Shown in pieces: positions 1 through 12,856 of a stretch of DNA of 64,000 bases. The first letter of the stretch is position 1; the number at the start of each line of letters is the position of its first letter. This DNA comes from Bacillota bacterium (GTDB taxonomy: Bacteria; Bacillota; Sulfobacillia; RBS10-35; Bu92): the NCBI GenBank assembly GCA_014896375.1, contig JADBKN010000009.1:10397-74396 (forward strand). Direction: 5' to 3'. The position numbers and the translations under genes were made by a program. The notes below the pieces were generated by a model. It made no database searches, was not told where the DNA came from, and was given only the letters and a program-made list of their open reading frames with translations.

Positions 1-859
1 GTTCGGCTTCGGAGATCTCTTCGAGACGTTCTTCGGCGGCTTCGGCGGCGCCCGGCGGGCCGGGCCGGAGCGCGGCGCCGACCTGCAGACGGAGGTCGAG
101 ATCGGCCTCGAGGAGGTTTTGCACGGCGGCCGGCGCACCGTCGTGGTGGCGCGCACGGAGCGCTGCGAGCGCTGCGGCGGCTCCGGGGCGGAGCCCGGCA
201 CGGCGCCGGAGCGCTGCCCCGTCTGCGGCGGCCGCGGGCAGGTGCGCACGGCCCGCAGCACGGCCTTCGGCTCCTTCGTCACGGTGCAGACCTGCCCGCG
301 CTGCCAGGGCAGCGGCCGCGTGATCGAGCGGCCCTGCCGCGCCTGCCAGGGGCGCGGTGCCGTGCGGCGGCGCCGGGAGATCGAGGTGCGCATCCCGAAG
401 GGCGTCGAGGACGGCATGCGCCTGCGGCTCGCCGGCCAGGGCGAGGCCGGCGCGCGCGGCGGCCCGAGCGGCGACCTCTACGTCGTGGTGCGCGTGCGGC
501 CGCACCCGCGCTTCCGCCGCGAGGGCACGACGCTCTTCGCCGACCTGCGCCTGGGTTACCCGCAGCTCGCGCTCGGCACCGAGGTCGAGGTGGAGACGCC
601 CGACGGCCTGGAGAAGCTGCGCATCCCCCCCGGCACCCAGCCCGGCCACGAGTTCCGCCTGCGCGGCCGCGGCGTGCCCGATGTGCGCGGCCACGGCCGC
701 GGCGACCTCGTCGTGCGCGTGCAGGTCGAGGTGCCCACCGACCTCTCCCGGGAAGAGATCCAGCTCCTGCAGCGTCTCGCCGAACTGCGCGGCCAGCCGG
801 CCGGCCAGGGCGCGAAGGGCTTCTTTGAGCGCGTGCGCGACGCGCTGGGCAACGGATGA
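1..859 (+). CDS. dnaJ: Molecular chaperone DnaJ, 5'-truncated at the window edge (Gly/Phe-rich region, four CxxCxGxG zinc-finger repeats, C-terminal domain)
   Basis: The frame is open from nt 2 (FGFGDLFETFFGGFGG...). CERCGGSG / CPVCGGRG / CPRCQGSG / CRACQGRG repeats are read directly. The listed ORF 119..859 is the in-frame continuation. Confidence 0.9.
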   Translation, partial: FGFGDLFETFFGGFGGARRAGPERGADLQTEVEIGLEEVLHGGRRTVVVARTERCERCGGSGAEPGTAPERCPVCGGRGQVRTARSTAFGSFVTVQTCPRCQGSGRVIERPCRACQGRGAVRRRREIEVRIPKGVEDGMRLRLAGQGEAGARGGPSGDLYVVVRVRPHPRFRREGTTLFADLRLGYPQLALGTEVEVETPDGLEKLRIPPGTQPGHEFRLRGRGVPDVRGHGRGDLVVRVQVEVPTDLSREEIQLLQRLAELRGQPAGQGAKGFFERVRDALGNG

Positions 860-1728
860 GCCACGTGCGCCTCGTGCTCAGCTGGGAACGGGAGGCGCCC
901 GCGCTGGCGGAGGGTCTCGCGGCGCTGGCCGCGGAGGCCGGGCTGGGCGGCGCCGAGTACGGTGACCGCCACCTCGCCGTCTATGCGCCCGACGACGAGG
1001 ACGGCCGCGCGCGCCTCTTCGCCTTGGAACGCGAGGCGCGCCGCTGGGCGGCGGAGTTCGGCGCCGGGGAGATCCTCGTGCGGCGCGCCCCGGTGCGCGA
1101 GGAGGACTGGGCCGAGGCGTGGAAGCGGTATTACCGTCCCCTGCGCGTGGGCCGGCTGTGGCTCGTGCCGGCGTGGGAGGCGGCGCCGCCGGCGGCGGAC
1201 GGGCCGGTCGTGCGCCTGGACCCGGGCATGGCCTTCGGCACGGGGGAGCACGCCAGCACGCGCCTCTGCCTTCTTGAGATGCAGGACCTCTGGCCGCGGC
1301 TTCCCGCTGCGCCGCGCGTGGCGGACGTCGGCAGCGGTTCCGGAGTGCTCGCCGTGGCCGCGGCGGTCCTCAGCTGCGGGGCGGCGCGCGTGACGGCCGT
1401 CGACATCGACCCGGTGGCCGTGCGGGCCACGCGGGCCAACGCGCAGCTGAACGAGGTGGAGCTGGACGCGCGCCTCGGCGGGCCGGAGGTCCTCCCGCCG
1501 TACGCCTTCGACCTCATCCTCGCCAACCTCACCCTGGACATCCACCGCGCCGTCGCCGGCGAACTCGCCCGCGCGGCCGCGCCGGGCGGCGTTGTCGTCG
1601 CCTCCGGGATCGTGGAAGATCAGGAGGCGGAGGCGCGCGCGGCCTTCGCGCGCGCGGGCCTTTTGGCCCGCCGCGCCCGGGCGGCGGACGGCTGGCTCTC
1701 GCTCGTGCTCACGAAGGACGGCGCATAA
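856..1728 (+). CDS. prmA: Ribosomal protein L11 methyltransferase
   Basis: SAM-binding motif VADVGSGSGVLAVAA, 4-nt overlap with the dnaJ stop, and the canonical dnaJ-prmA order. Confidence 0.85.
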   Translation: MSHVRLVLSWEREAPALAEGLAALAAEAGLGGAEYGDRHLAVYAPDDEDGRARLFALEREARRWAAEFGAGEILVRRAPVREEDWAEAWKRYYRPLRVGRLWLVPAWEAAPPAADGPVVRLDPGMAFGTGEHASTRLCLLEMQDLWPRLPAAPRVADVGSGSGVLAVAAAVLSCGAARVTAVDIDPVAVRATRANAQLNEVELDARLGGPEVLPPYAFDLILANLTLDIHRAVAGELARAAAPGGVVVASGIVEDQEAEARAAFARAGLLARRARAADGWLSLVLTKDGA

Positions 1729-1749
1729 CGTAACGCGGGGGGGATCGCC

Positions 1750-2886
<1,137 letters not shown>

Positions 2887-2949
2887 GAGAGGAAACCGGC
2901 GGGCGCAGCGCGAATGCACACCTGTCCCGGAGGATTTGGAGGTTCGAGG

Positions 2950-3291
2950 ATGGCGGACTGCCTCTTCTGCCGCATCGTCGCCGGGGAACTGCCGGCGCGC
3001 AAGGTGTATGAGGACGAGGAGGTCCTGGCCTTCCGAGACATCCAGCCCGTGGCGCCGGTCCATGTCCTCGTGGTGCCCAAGCGCCACCTGGACGGGCTTG
3101 CGGCCGCGGGCGCGGAGGATGCGCCGCTCCTCGGCCGCCTGCTGGACGCGGCGCGCCGCGTGGCGGAAGCGGAGGGGCTGGCGGAAGGGTACCGCGTCGT
3201 CGTGAACCAGGGCCGCCACGGCGGGCAGAGCGTCGGCCACCTGCACCTCCACGTGCTCGGCGGTCGCGCCATGCAGTGGCCTCCGGGCTAG
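2950..3291 (+). CDS. HIT-family (histidine triad) nucleotide hydrolase
   Basis: HVLVVPKRH and the HxHxHxx triad [14 protein letters not shown] lies 8 nt upstream of ATG 2950. The listed start at 2914 lacks an RBS. Confidence 0.8.
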   Translation: MADCLFCRIVAGELPARKVYEDEEVLAFRDIQPVAPVHVLVVPKRHLDGLAAAGAEDAPLLGRLLDAARRVAEAEGLAEGYRVVVNQGRHGGQSVGHLHLHVLGGRAMQWPPG

Positions 3292-3328
3292 ACTGGTACA
3301 CTGGAACCGCACGGAGGGGGTGAACGGC

Positions 3329-3508
3329 ATGTCCGAAGTCCGCGTCGGCGAGAACGAGTCGCTCGACAACGCCCTCCGTCGGTTCAAGCGCCAGGTGCAG
3401 CGCAGCGGAACTCTGAAGGAAGCGCGCCGCCACGAGTTCTACGAGAAGCCCAGCGTGCGGCGCAAGAAGAAGTCGGCGGCCGCGGCGCGCAAGCGCAAGG
3501 GCCGCTGA
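3329..3508 (+). CDS. rpsU: 30S ribosomal protein S21
   Basis: [22 protein letters not shown]...RKRKGR is typical S21. GGAGGGGG RBS before ATG 3329. Confidence 0.9.
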   Translation: MSEVRVGENESLDNALRRFKRQVQRSGTLKEARRHEFYEKPSVRRKKKSAAAARKRKGR

Positions 3509-3570
3509 GCGGCCCGCGGCGGGCCGCGCGGCAGAGCATCCGAGGGCCGTCCCCGGCGGGGGGCGGCCCG
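3508..3570 (+). terminator. GC-rich hairpins downstream of rpsU (gcggccc-N5-gggccgc, then gggccg-N14-cggccc followed by gtttcc); a weak-U-tract terminator candidate
   Basis: Inverted repeats read directly. The U-tract is poor, as is common in high-GC genomes. Confidence 0.3.
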
Positions 3571-3627
3571 TTTCCTCTCCCCTCCCTCATAACCCTCTCC
3601 GGCGCGCGCATAGGTGTCATTCATGAG

Positions 3628-3945
3628 GTGGGAACGCCTGTGGCGCAGAGCCGGCGCAGCCGGAGGCCGCCCCTCGACCGCCGCCTGCTGGGGCGTCTCG
3701 TCGACGCCCTGGAGCTCCCCTCGGACCTCCTCATCGATGTACCGCGCGTCACGATCATCGGCGCGCTCCAGGTGACGGTGGAGAACCACCGCGGGCTCGC
3801 CGCCTACCGGCCCGACGAGGTGTCGATCGCGGTGGCCGGCGGCGTCGTGCGCATCACGGGCGCGGAGCTGGAGATCGGGGTCGTGCAGGCGCACGAGGTG
3901 ACGGTGACGGGACGCGTGGCCGGCGTGGCGTTCCTCGCCGACTGA
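3628..3945 (+). CDS. yqfC: Sporulation protein YqfC
   Basis: LPSDLLIDVPRVTIIGALQVTVENHRGL...VRITG matches the YqfC family. The true start may be GTG 3640 after GAGGTGG. Confidence 0.75.
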   Translation: MGTPVAQSRRSRRPPLDRRLLGRLVDALELPSDLLIDVPRVTIIGALQVTVENHRGLAAYRPDEVSIAVAGGVVRITGAELEIGVVQAHEVTVTGRVAGVAFLAD

Positions 3946-3964
3946 CACGCGAGGGGGGAGCGGC

Positions 3965-5218
3965 GTGGCCCGGCGCCTCCTGGCCTGGCTCCGCGGATGG
4001 ACGCTGATGCGCGCCGAGGGCGCGGGCGTCGAGGGCTTCGTCAACGCCGCCCTGCGCCGCGGCATCGAACTCTGGCGCGTGCGCCGCGCCGGCGGCGCCT
4101 GGCTCATGTACGTCGCCGCCGCGCACGCCGCCGGCCTGCAGGCGCTGGCGGGTGAGCACGGGCTGGCGCTGGCCGTCGTGCGCCAGGCCGGCTGGCCGTT
4201 TCTTTGGAAGCGGTTCCTGCGGCGGCGCGTGCTCGTGGCCGGGGTCGTCGCCACGGCGGCGCTCGGTTACCTCGGCGCCTCCTTCATCTGGATCGTCGAT
4301 GTCGAGGGGACGTCCCAGGTGCCGTCCGGAGAGATCCTGCGTGCCGCGGCGCAACTGGGGCTCTATCCCGGCGCCTTCCGCCCCTCCGTCGACGCGGACC
4401 GCGTGGCGCGCCGCCTGCCGCTGCTCGTTCCGCAGGTGAACTGGGCGAACGTGCGCCTCTCCGGTACCCGCGCGACGATCGTCGTCGCCGAGGAGCGGCG
4501 CGTGCCGCCGGAGATGCAGCCGAGTTCAGCGCCGGCGGACATCGTGGCCAAGAAGGACGGCGTCGTCACGTCGGTCCTGGCGCTCGCCGGCCAGCCGCTC
4601 GTGAAGCCCGGCGACACGGTCTCGCGCGGCCAGGTGCTGATCCGCGCGGAGGTGGAGGCCGTGCCGCCCGGCCTGAACCCGGATGACCCGGCCGCGCCGC
4701 GCGTGCGCATGCTCGTGCGCGCGCGCGGCACGGTGCGCGCGCGGGTGTGGTATGATCGTTATCTAGAAGTTCCGGCGGAGATGCTCAAGGAAGCGCCGAC
4801 GGGCCGCACCTACGCGCGCTACCGCCTCACCGTCGCCGGCGCGTCCGTCACCCTCTGGGGATGGTCGCCGGTGCCGTTCCGCCACTTCCGCACGGAAGTG
4901 GAGCGTCACGCCCTCTCCTGGCGCGGCGTCACCCTGCCGGTGGAGTGGCGCGTTGAGCGCTTCGTGGAGGTGCAGCGCGCGGCGGCCGGCCTGGATCCCG
5001 GCCGGGCGCGGGAGCTGGCGCGGCGCCAGGCGCTGGCGCAGGTGCTGGCGGAGGTGCCGCCGGACGCCCGCATCCTCGATGAATCCGCCGAGATCGTGCT
5101 CAGCACGCCCACGCGCTTCGGCGTGCGCGTGCGCCTGGAGACGGAAGAGGACATCGGGACGGCGGCCGAACGGGCCTCGCCGGGCTCGGAGGCGCCGCCG
5201 GGCGGCGGCTCCCGCTGA
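3965..5218 (+). CDS. yqfD: Stage IV sporulation protein YqfD
   Basis: Size, position right after yqfC, a single membrane segment (VLVAGVVATAALGYLGASFIWIV) and YqfD-like architecture. Confidence 0.75.
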   Translation: MARRLLAWLRGWTLMRAEGAGVEGFVNAALRRGIELWRVRRAGGAWLMYVAAAHAAGLQALAGEHGLALAVVRQAGWPFLWKRFLRRRVLVAGVVATAALGYLGASFIWIVDVEGTSQVPSGEILRAAAQLGLYPGAFRPSVDADRVARRLPLLVPQVNWANVRLSGTRATIVVAEERRVPPEMQPSSAPADIVAKKDGVVTSVLALAGQPLVKPGDTVSRGQVLIRAEVEAVPPGLNPDDPAAPRVRMLVRARGTVRARVWYDRYLEVPAEMLKEAPTGRTYARYRLTVAGASVTLWGWSPVPFRHFRTEVERHALSWRGVTLPVEWRVERFVEVQRAAAGLDPGRARELARRQALAQVLAEVPPDARILDESAEIVLSTPTRFGVRVRLETEEDIGTAAERASPGSEAPPGGGSR

Positions 5219-5262
5219 GGCCCGCCGCCGCGACCTCGCTGCGTGGAGGGGGCGTCCGCCGC

Positions 5263-6255
5263 TTGGCCGGCATGGCCGTCGACAAGCGCAAGTTCACGAT
5301 CCCGGACAACTACCAGGCGCTGCAGATCATGGGCCACCAGGAAGAGCACCTGCGCGCGATGGAGGAAGCGATGCAGGTGCAGATCCTCGCGCGCGGCAAC
5401 GAGCTGCACGTCGACGGGCCGGCGGAGCAGGTGGCGCGCACCGTCGAGCTCCTCCACACGCTGACCGACCTCGCCTCCCAGGGACAGCCTCTGGCGGCGC
5501 AGGACATCCGCTACGCCATCCGCCTCGCCCGTGAGGGCAAGCTCGACCAGCTGGCCGACGTCTACCGGGACGTGATCCTCGTCACGGCGCGCGGCAAGCC
5601 CATCAAGGCGAAGACCCTCGGCCAGAAGCGGTACGTGGAGGCCATCCGCGAGAACCCCATCGTCTTCGGCATCGGGCCGGCCGGCACCGGCAAGACCTAC
5701 CTGGCGATGGCGCTCGCCGTCGACGCCTTCCGCAACCGCCAGGTCAACCGCATCGTACTCACGCGGCCGGCCGTGGAGGCGGGGGAGAAGCTCGGCTTCC
5801 TCCCCGGCGATCTCCAAGAAAAGGTCGACCCCTACCTGCGCCCCCTCTACGACGCGCTCTACGACATCCTGGGCGTGGAGACGTTCGAGAAATACATGAG
5901 CCGCGGCATGATCGAGGTGGCGCCGCTCGCCTACATGCGCGGCCGCACGCTGGACGATTCCTTCGTGATCCTCGACGAGGCGCAGAACACCACGCCGGAG
6001 CAGATGAAGATGTTCCTCACGCGGCTCGGCTTCGGCTCGCGCGCCGTCGTCACCGGCGACATCACGCAGGTGGACCTCCCGCGGGAGCAGGATTCGGGCC
6101 TCGCGGAAGTGCAGCGCGTGCTGAAGGGCATCCGCGGCATCGAGTTCGTCCAGCTCACGGAGCAGGACATCGTCCGCCACCCCCTTGTGCAGGCCATCAT
6201 CCGCGCCTACGACGCCTATGAGCAGCAGCGCGCCCTCGAGAGCCTGAAGGAGTAA
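5263..6255 (+). CDS. phoH: PhoH-like ATPase (PhoH/YbeZ)
   Basis: Walker A GIGPAGTGKTYLAMA and the conserved phoH-yqfF-ybeY context. Confidence 0.9.
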   Translation: MAGMAVDKRKFTIPDNYQALQIMGHQEEHLRAMEEAMQVQILARGNELHVDGPAEQVARTVELLHTLTDLASQGQPLAAQDIRYAIRLAREGKLDQLADVYRDVILVTARGKPIKAKTLGQKRYVEAIRENPIVFGIGPAGTGKTYLAMALAVDAFRNRQVNRIVLTRPAVEAGEKLGFLPGDLQEKVDPYLRPLYDALYDILGVETFEKYMSRGMIEVAPLAYMRGRTLDDSFVILDEAQNTTPEQMKMFLTRLGFGSRAVVTGDITQVDLPREQDSGLAEVQRVLKGIRGIEFVQLTEQDIVRHPLVQAIIRAYDAYEQQRALESLKE

Positions 6256-6259
6256 GGCG

Positions 6260-8401
6260 ATGAGAAGAGAGCCCGCCGCCGCGGCGTGGATCCGCCGCCG
6301 GGTGCAGCGCTTCGGGCATGCGGGGGCGCGCCGCGCGGCCCTGGCGCTGGCCTTCCTCCTTGTCACGGCCGGCACGCTGGCGAGCGCCTTCGTGCCGGAG
6401 CGCGTCGACGTGCGCCTCAACCAGCCGGCGCGCGGCGCGATCAAAGCGCCGCGGGAGTTCATCGACTGGCCGACGACGCGCCGCCTGCAGGCGGAGGCCG
6501 CGGCGCGCGTGGCCGACGTCTACACGCTGGACCCGCGCGTCACCCAGGACGCGGCCGCGCAGCTGGACGCGCTCTTCGCGGCCGTCGAAGGGCTGCGCGC
6601 GAGCACCGAGGCCGACGACCGCCGCGCCGCGGCGCTGCGCAACGTGGCCGGCTTCCCCCTGGACGAGCGCGTGGCGCTGGCCGTGCTGCGCCTGCCGGAC
6701 GCCGACTGGCAGGCGCTGAAGCGCCAGATGCGGGAACTCCTCCTTTCGGAGATGAACCAGGGCATCCGGCAGGAGTCCCTGGAGACGTTCCGGCGGGACG
6801 CCGCCTCGGCCGTGATGGCGTGGAACTACGACCGGCCCGCGCTCTCCTTCGCGGTCTCGGCCGTGCAGGCGGCGCTGCGGCCGAACGTGCTCTTCGACGC
6901 CGCGAAGACCCAGGAGGCGCGCGCGCAGGCGCGGGCCGCCGTCCAGCCGGTCGTCGTCCTCAAGGGGCAGACGATCGTCCCCGACGGCGCCGTCGTGACG
7001 GCGGACGACCTGGAACGCCTGCGCGACGCGGGGCTCCTGCGTTCCGGGCAGGACTACGCGCTCGTGGGCGCAGCGCTCGTCGTGGCCGCGGTCCTGGAGG
7101 CGCTCCTCGCCCTCCACCTCTGGCACCTGCGGCCGCGCGTCTGGCGCGACGAGCGGCGCCTTCTGCTCGTCGGCCTGGTGCTCGCGGTGGGGCTCGTCGT
7201 CGACCGGGTGCTCGTGCCCGTTTCCCCGTACCTCGCGCCGGTGGCGTGGGCGGCGATGCTGCTCGCCATCCTCGTCGACGCGGAAGTCGCGCTCATGGGC
7301 GTGCTCTTTGAGGCTTTGGCGCTGGGCTTCATGGCGGAGCACGACCTGCGCTACGCCTTCGCCGCGCTGGCCGGCGGCTCGGCGGCCGTGTTCAGCGTGC
7401 GGCGCGTGGACCAGCGGGGCGAGGTGATGCGCGGCGGCTTCCTCGCGGCCGGCGCCAACCTCGCGGCCGTGCTGGCCGCCGGCCTGCTCACGGGGGACGT
7501 GGGCCGGGACCCGGCCGTCTGGTTCGACGCGGCGTTCGGCGCCGTCAACGGCATGCTCGCCGGCATCCTCACGATCGGCTCCCTGCCGTACCTGGAGCAG
7601 GCCTTCGGCATCCTCACCAGCATACGGCTCCTCGAGCTCTCGAACCCGAACCATCCGCTCTTGCGGCGCATGCTCCGGGAGGCGCCGGGGACCTACCACC
7701 ACAGCCTGATGGTCGCCAACCTCTGCGAGGCGGCGGCCGAGGCCGTGCACGCCAACCCGCTCCTCGCGCGCGTGGGCGCCTACTACCACGACATCGGCAA
7801 GCTCAAACGGCCCTACTTCTTCGTCGACAACCAGTTCGGCGGCGAGAACCCGCACGACCGCCTCTCACCCAGCCTCTCCGCGCTCATCGTCATCAGCCAC
7901 GTCAAGGACGGGCTGGAACTCGCCCGGGAGTACAAGCTCCCGGAAGAGATCGCGCGCTTCATCCCCGAGCACCACGGCACAATGCTGGTTTCCTACTTCT
8001 ACCACAAGGCCGTGGAGACGAGCGACGGGCCGGTCGATGAGGCCCAGTTCCGCTATCCCGGTCCCTTGCCGCAATCCAAGGAAGCGGCCATCATGATGCT
8101 GGCGGACGGCGCGGAGGCGTCCGTGCGGGCGCTCAAGGACCCCACGCCGGACCGCATCGAGGCGCAGGTGCGCAAGATCATCCGCGAGCGCCTCGACGCC
8201 GGCCAGCTGGAGCAGGCCGACGTCACCTTGCGGGACCTCGACACCATCGCGCGCACCTTCACCCACGTGCTGATGGGCTTCCACCACCAGCGCATCCCGT
8301 ATCCGGAACAGATTGCGGAAGAGCTGAGGAGGAGCGGCGAGCGGCATGAGCGTCGTCGTGAGCGAAAGGGATTCCTCCGCACCGGAACTGACCGCCGCTA
8401 A
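6260..8401 (+). CDS. pgpH: 7TM receptor with intracellular HD hydrolase (HDIG) domain; PgpH/YqfF-type cyclic-di-AMP phosphodiesterase
   Basis: An extracellular N-terminal domain, seven TM helices and an HD domain (HHSLMVANL...YYHDIGK...HHG) are all visible. Synteny matches B. subtilis yqfF. Confidence 0.85.
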   Translation: MRREPAAAAWIRRRVQRFGHAGARRAALALAFLLVTAGTLASAFVPERVDVRLNQPARGAIKAPREFIDWPTTRRLQAEAAARVADVYTLDPRVTQDAAAQLDALFAAVEGLRASTEADDRRAAALRNVAGFPLDERVALAVLRLPDADWQALKRQMRELLLSEMNQGIRQESLETFRRDAASAVMAWNYDRPALSFAVSAVQAALRPNVLFDAAKTQEARAQARAAVQPVVVLKGQTIVPDGAVVTADDLERLRDAGLLRSGQDYALVGAALVVAAVLEALLALHLWHLRPRVWRDERRLLLVGLVLAVGLVVDRVLVPVSPYLAPVAWAAMLLAILVDAEVALMGVLFEALALGFMAEHDLRYAFAALAGGSAAVFSVRRVDQRGEVMRGGFLAAGANLAAVLAAGLLTGDVGRDPAVWFDAAFGAVNGMLAGILTIGSLPYLEQAFGILTSIRLLELSNPNHPLLRRMLREAPGTYHHSLMVANLCEAAAEAVHANPLLARVGAYYHDIGKLKRPYFFVDNQFGGENPHDRLSPSLSALIVISHVKDGLELAREYKLPEEIARFIPEHHGTMLVSYFYHKAVETSDGPVDEAQFRYPGPLPQSKEAAIMMLADGAEASVRALKDPTPDRIEAQVRKIIRERLDAGQLEQADVTLRDLDTIARTFTHVLMGFHHQRIPYPEQIAEELRRSGERHERRRERKGFLRTGTDRR

Positions 8402-8807
8402 AGAGCTGGCCGCGCGGGCCGCCCAGGCCGCCCTGGCCGGCCACGGGCTCGGGCACGCGCACGTGGACCTCACGTTCGCCGACGACGCCTACCTTCAGGA
8501 GCTCAACCGCGAGTACCGCGGCGTCGACCGGCCCACGGACGTGCTCTCCTTTCCCTGCTACGATCCGGCGGAGCTGGCGGGGGCGCGCGCGGAGCCGGCG
8601 CCCCTCCTGGGAGAGGTCGTCGTCTCGGTGCCGCGCGCTCAGGAGCAGGCGCGCGCCTACGGCCACTCGGTGGAGCGGGAGATGGCCTTCCTGGCCGTGC
8701 ACGGCGTGCTGCACCTCCTGGGCTACGACCACCGCACGCCGGAGGAGGAGGCGGCCATGCAGGCGGCGGCGGAGGCGGTGCTCGGGCCGCTGGGACTCTC
8801 GAGGTGA
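8346..8807 (+). CDS. ybeY: rRNA maturation endoribonuclease YbeY
   Basis: PTDVLSFP and HGVLHLLGYDH zinc motif. The start may lie downstream of 8346 (overlap with pgpH). Confidence 0.85.
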   Translation: MSVVVSERDSSAPELTAAKELAARAAQAALAGHGLGHAHVDLTFADDAYLQELNREYRGVDRPTDVLSFPCYDPAELAGARAEPAPLLGEVVVSVPRAQEQARAYGHSVEREMAFLAVHGVLHLLGYDHRTPEEEAAMQAAAEAVLGPLGLSR

Positions 8808-9289
8808 GGCGCCCGCGGCCGTTCGTGGCGGCGCTGCGCGGCCTCGTGGTCGCGTGGCAGGGGGAGCCCAACCTGCGCTTCGAGGTCTGGGCCGGCTACA
8901 CCGCGCTGGCGTGGGCCGCGCTCGTGCCGCTGCCGCGCGCGGACACACTTTGGGTGATCGCCGTCGTCGGGCTCGTGTGGACGGCCGAGCTGCTCAACAC
9001 GGCCGTCGAGGCGACGGTCGACCTCGTCACGGGAGAGTGGCGGCCGGCGGCCGGGCTCGCGAAGGATTTCGCCGCGGCCGGCGTGCTGTTGGCGAGCCTT
9101 TTGGCGCTCGCCGTGGGACTCGTGATCTTCGGCCCGCACCTGGGAGAGCTGCCGGGCACCCTGGTGCGCGCGGCGCGCAGCGCGCCATGGGGCTTCGGGC
9201 TCGGCGCGGCCGCCTGGGCGGCGCTGGGCCTGAGCTGGCTCCTCGGCCCACGGCGGCGCGTCGACCCGCGTGAGAGGAAGAGGCGATGA
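8804..9289 (+). CDS. dgkA: Diacylglycerol / undecaprenol kinase
   Basis: Three TM segments and ELLNTAVEATVDLV, a DgkA-family motif. 4-nt overlap with ybeY. Confidence 0.8.
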   Translation: MRRPRPFVAALRGLVVAWQGEPNLRFEVWAGYTALAWAALVPLPRADTLWVIAVVGLVWTAELLNTAVEATVDLVTGEWRPAAGLAKDFAAAGVLLASLLALAVGLVIFGPHLGELPGTLVRAARSAPWGFGLGAAAWAALGLSWLLGPRRRVDPRERKRR

Positions 9290-9931
9290 TGCGCAAGCGT
9301 CTGGGCGCGCGCCTGCGCGCCGTGCTTTTCGCCGGCGTGGCGGCGCTCCTGCCGATCGTGTCGGCCGTGTATGTGGTGCTGGCGCTCTTCCGCTGGGTGG
9401 ACGGGCTCCTGCGGCCGCTCATCCTGCCCTTCGTGCCGGAGGGGGCCTACATCACGGGGCTGGGCGCCGTCGTCACGACGGTGCTCGTGTTCCTCGTGGG
9501 CTTGCTCGTCTCGAACTACGTGGGCAGCCGCCTCTTCGCGCTCGTCGACTGGCTCTTCCGGCGCATGCCCATCGTCTCCAGCATCTACGGCACGGTGAAG
9601 CAGTTCATCGACTCCTTCGGCCGGCCGGGGCAACCGTCTTTCAAGCGCGTAGCGCTCGTCGAGTACCCGCGCAAGGGCCTCTGGCGCGTGGCGCTCATCA
9701 CGGGCGACACGGCCGAGGCCATCGAGCGCGCCACCGGGGAGGACGACCTCGTCAACGTCTACCTGCCGACGACGCCGAACCCGGCCTCCGGCGTGCTCCT
9801 CATGGTGCCGCGGTCGGAGCTGCGCCTGCTCGACATGTCGGTCGAGGCCGGCATGCGGCTCGTGATCTCCGGCGGCATCGTCAACCCCGAAATCGCGGAA
9901 AAGGCCCGCAGCGCGGAGGAGGTGGCGGCCG

Positions 9932-9957
<26 letters not shown>
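9286..9957 (+). CDS. DUF502/COG2928-like membrane protein, sitting where cdd is found in Bacillus
   Basis: Two N-terminal TM helices, then YGTVKQFIDSF...VALVEYPRKGLWRVALITG. There is no cytidine deaminase zinc motif. Confidence 0.45.
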
Positions 9958-12414
<2,457 letters not shown>

Positions 12415-12422
12415 GATCCATC

Positions 12423-12437
12423 GGGGGGGCGGCCCCC
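12423..12437. terminator. Short G5/C5 hairpin between the convergent guaB and paaI stops
   Basis: gggggggcggccccc read directly. No U-tract. Confidence 0.25.
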
Positions 12438-12856
12438 TAAGAGGTCGCCCGGGGCGGACCGCCGTCTTTCAACCCCTTGCGGTAGACCATGGCCTGCAGC
12501 CGCGCCACGTCGCGCGGCGGGGCGCCGTCGCCGGCCCCGCCCCCGGCGGACCAGACACGGATCTCGTAGAGCGCCGTGCGCCTCGTGGCGTGCACTTCCC
12601 GTGCCTCGCAGAAGAGGCGCTCGCCCTCCCGCGCGGGAGAGAGGTACGCGACGGACATCGTCAGCGCCACAGAGACGTGGTCGCCGGCGTTGCTCGCCGC
12701 CGCGAAGGCGGCGTCCGCCAGCGCGAAGACGGCGCCGCCGTGCGCCGTCCCGTGCAGGTTCAGATGGCGGCCGTCGACGGTCATCGCCGTGCGCGCGTAC
12801 CCCGGCGCGACCTCCAAAAGCTCCACGCCGGCGAGCTCCGCGAAGGGCTCCGTCAT
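12437..12856 (-). CDS. paaI: PaaI/hotdog-fold acyl-CoA thioesterase
   Basis: MTEPFAELAGVELLEV...HLNLHGTAHGGAVFALADAAF is a hotdog thioesterase signature. ATGA overlap with the paaK stop. The listed 502-aa ORF is an upstream frame extension. Confidence 0.7.
   Translation of the reverse strand: MTEPFAELAGVELLEVAPGYARTAMTVDGRHLNLHGTAHGGAVFALADAAFAAASNAGDHVSVALTMSVAYLSPAREGERLFCEAREVHATRRTALYEIRVWSAGGGAGDGAPPRDVARLQAMVYRKGLKDGGPPRATS

Noticed and set aside
2914-3328. Listed longer starts for the HIT gene (2914) and rpsU (3320)
   Set aside because: Both upstream extensions lack an SD, whereas canonical ATGs with GGAGG RBSs occur at 2950 and 3329. The conserved protein N-termini begin there.
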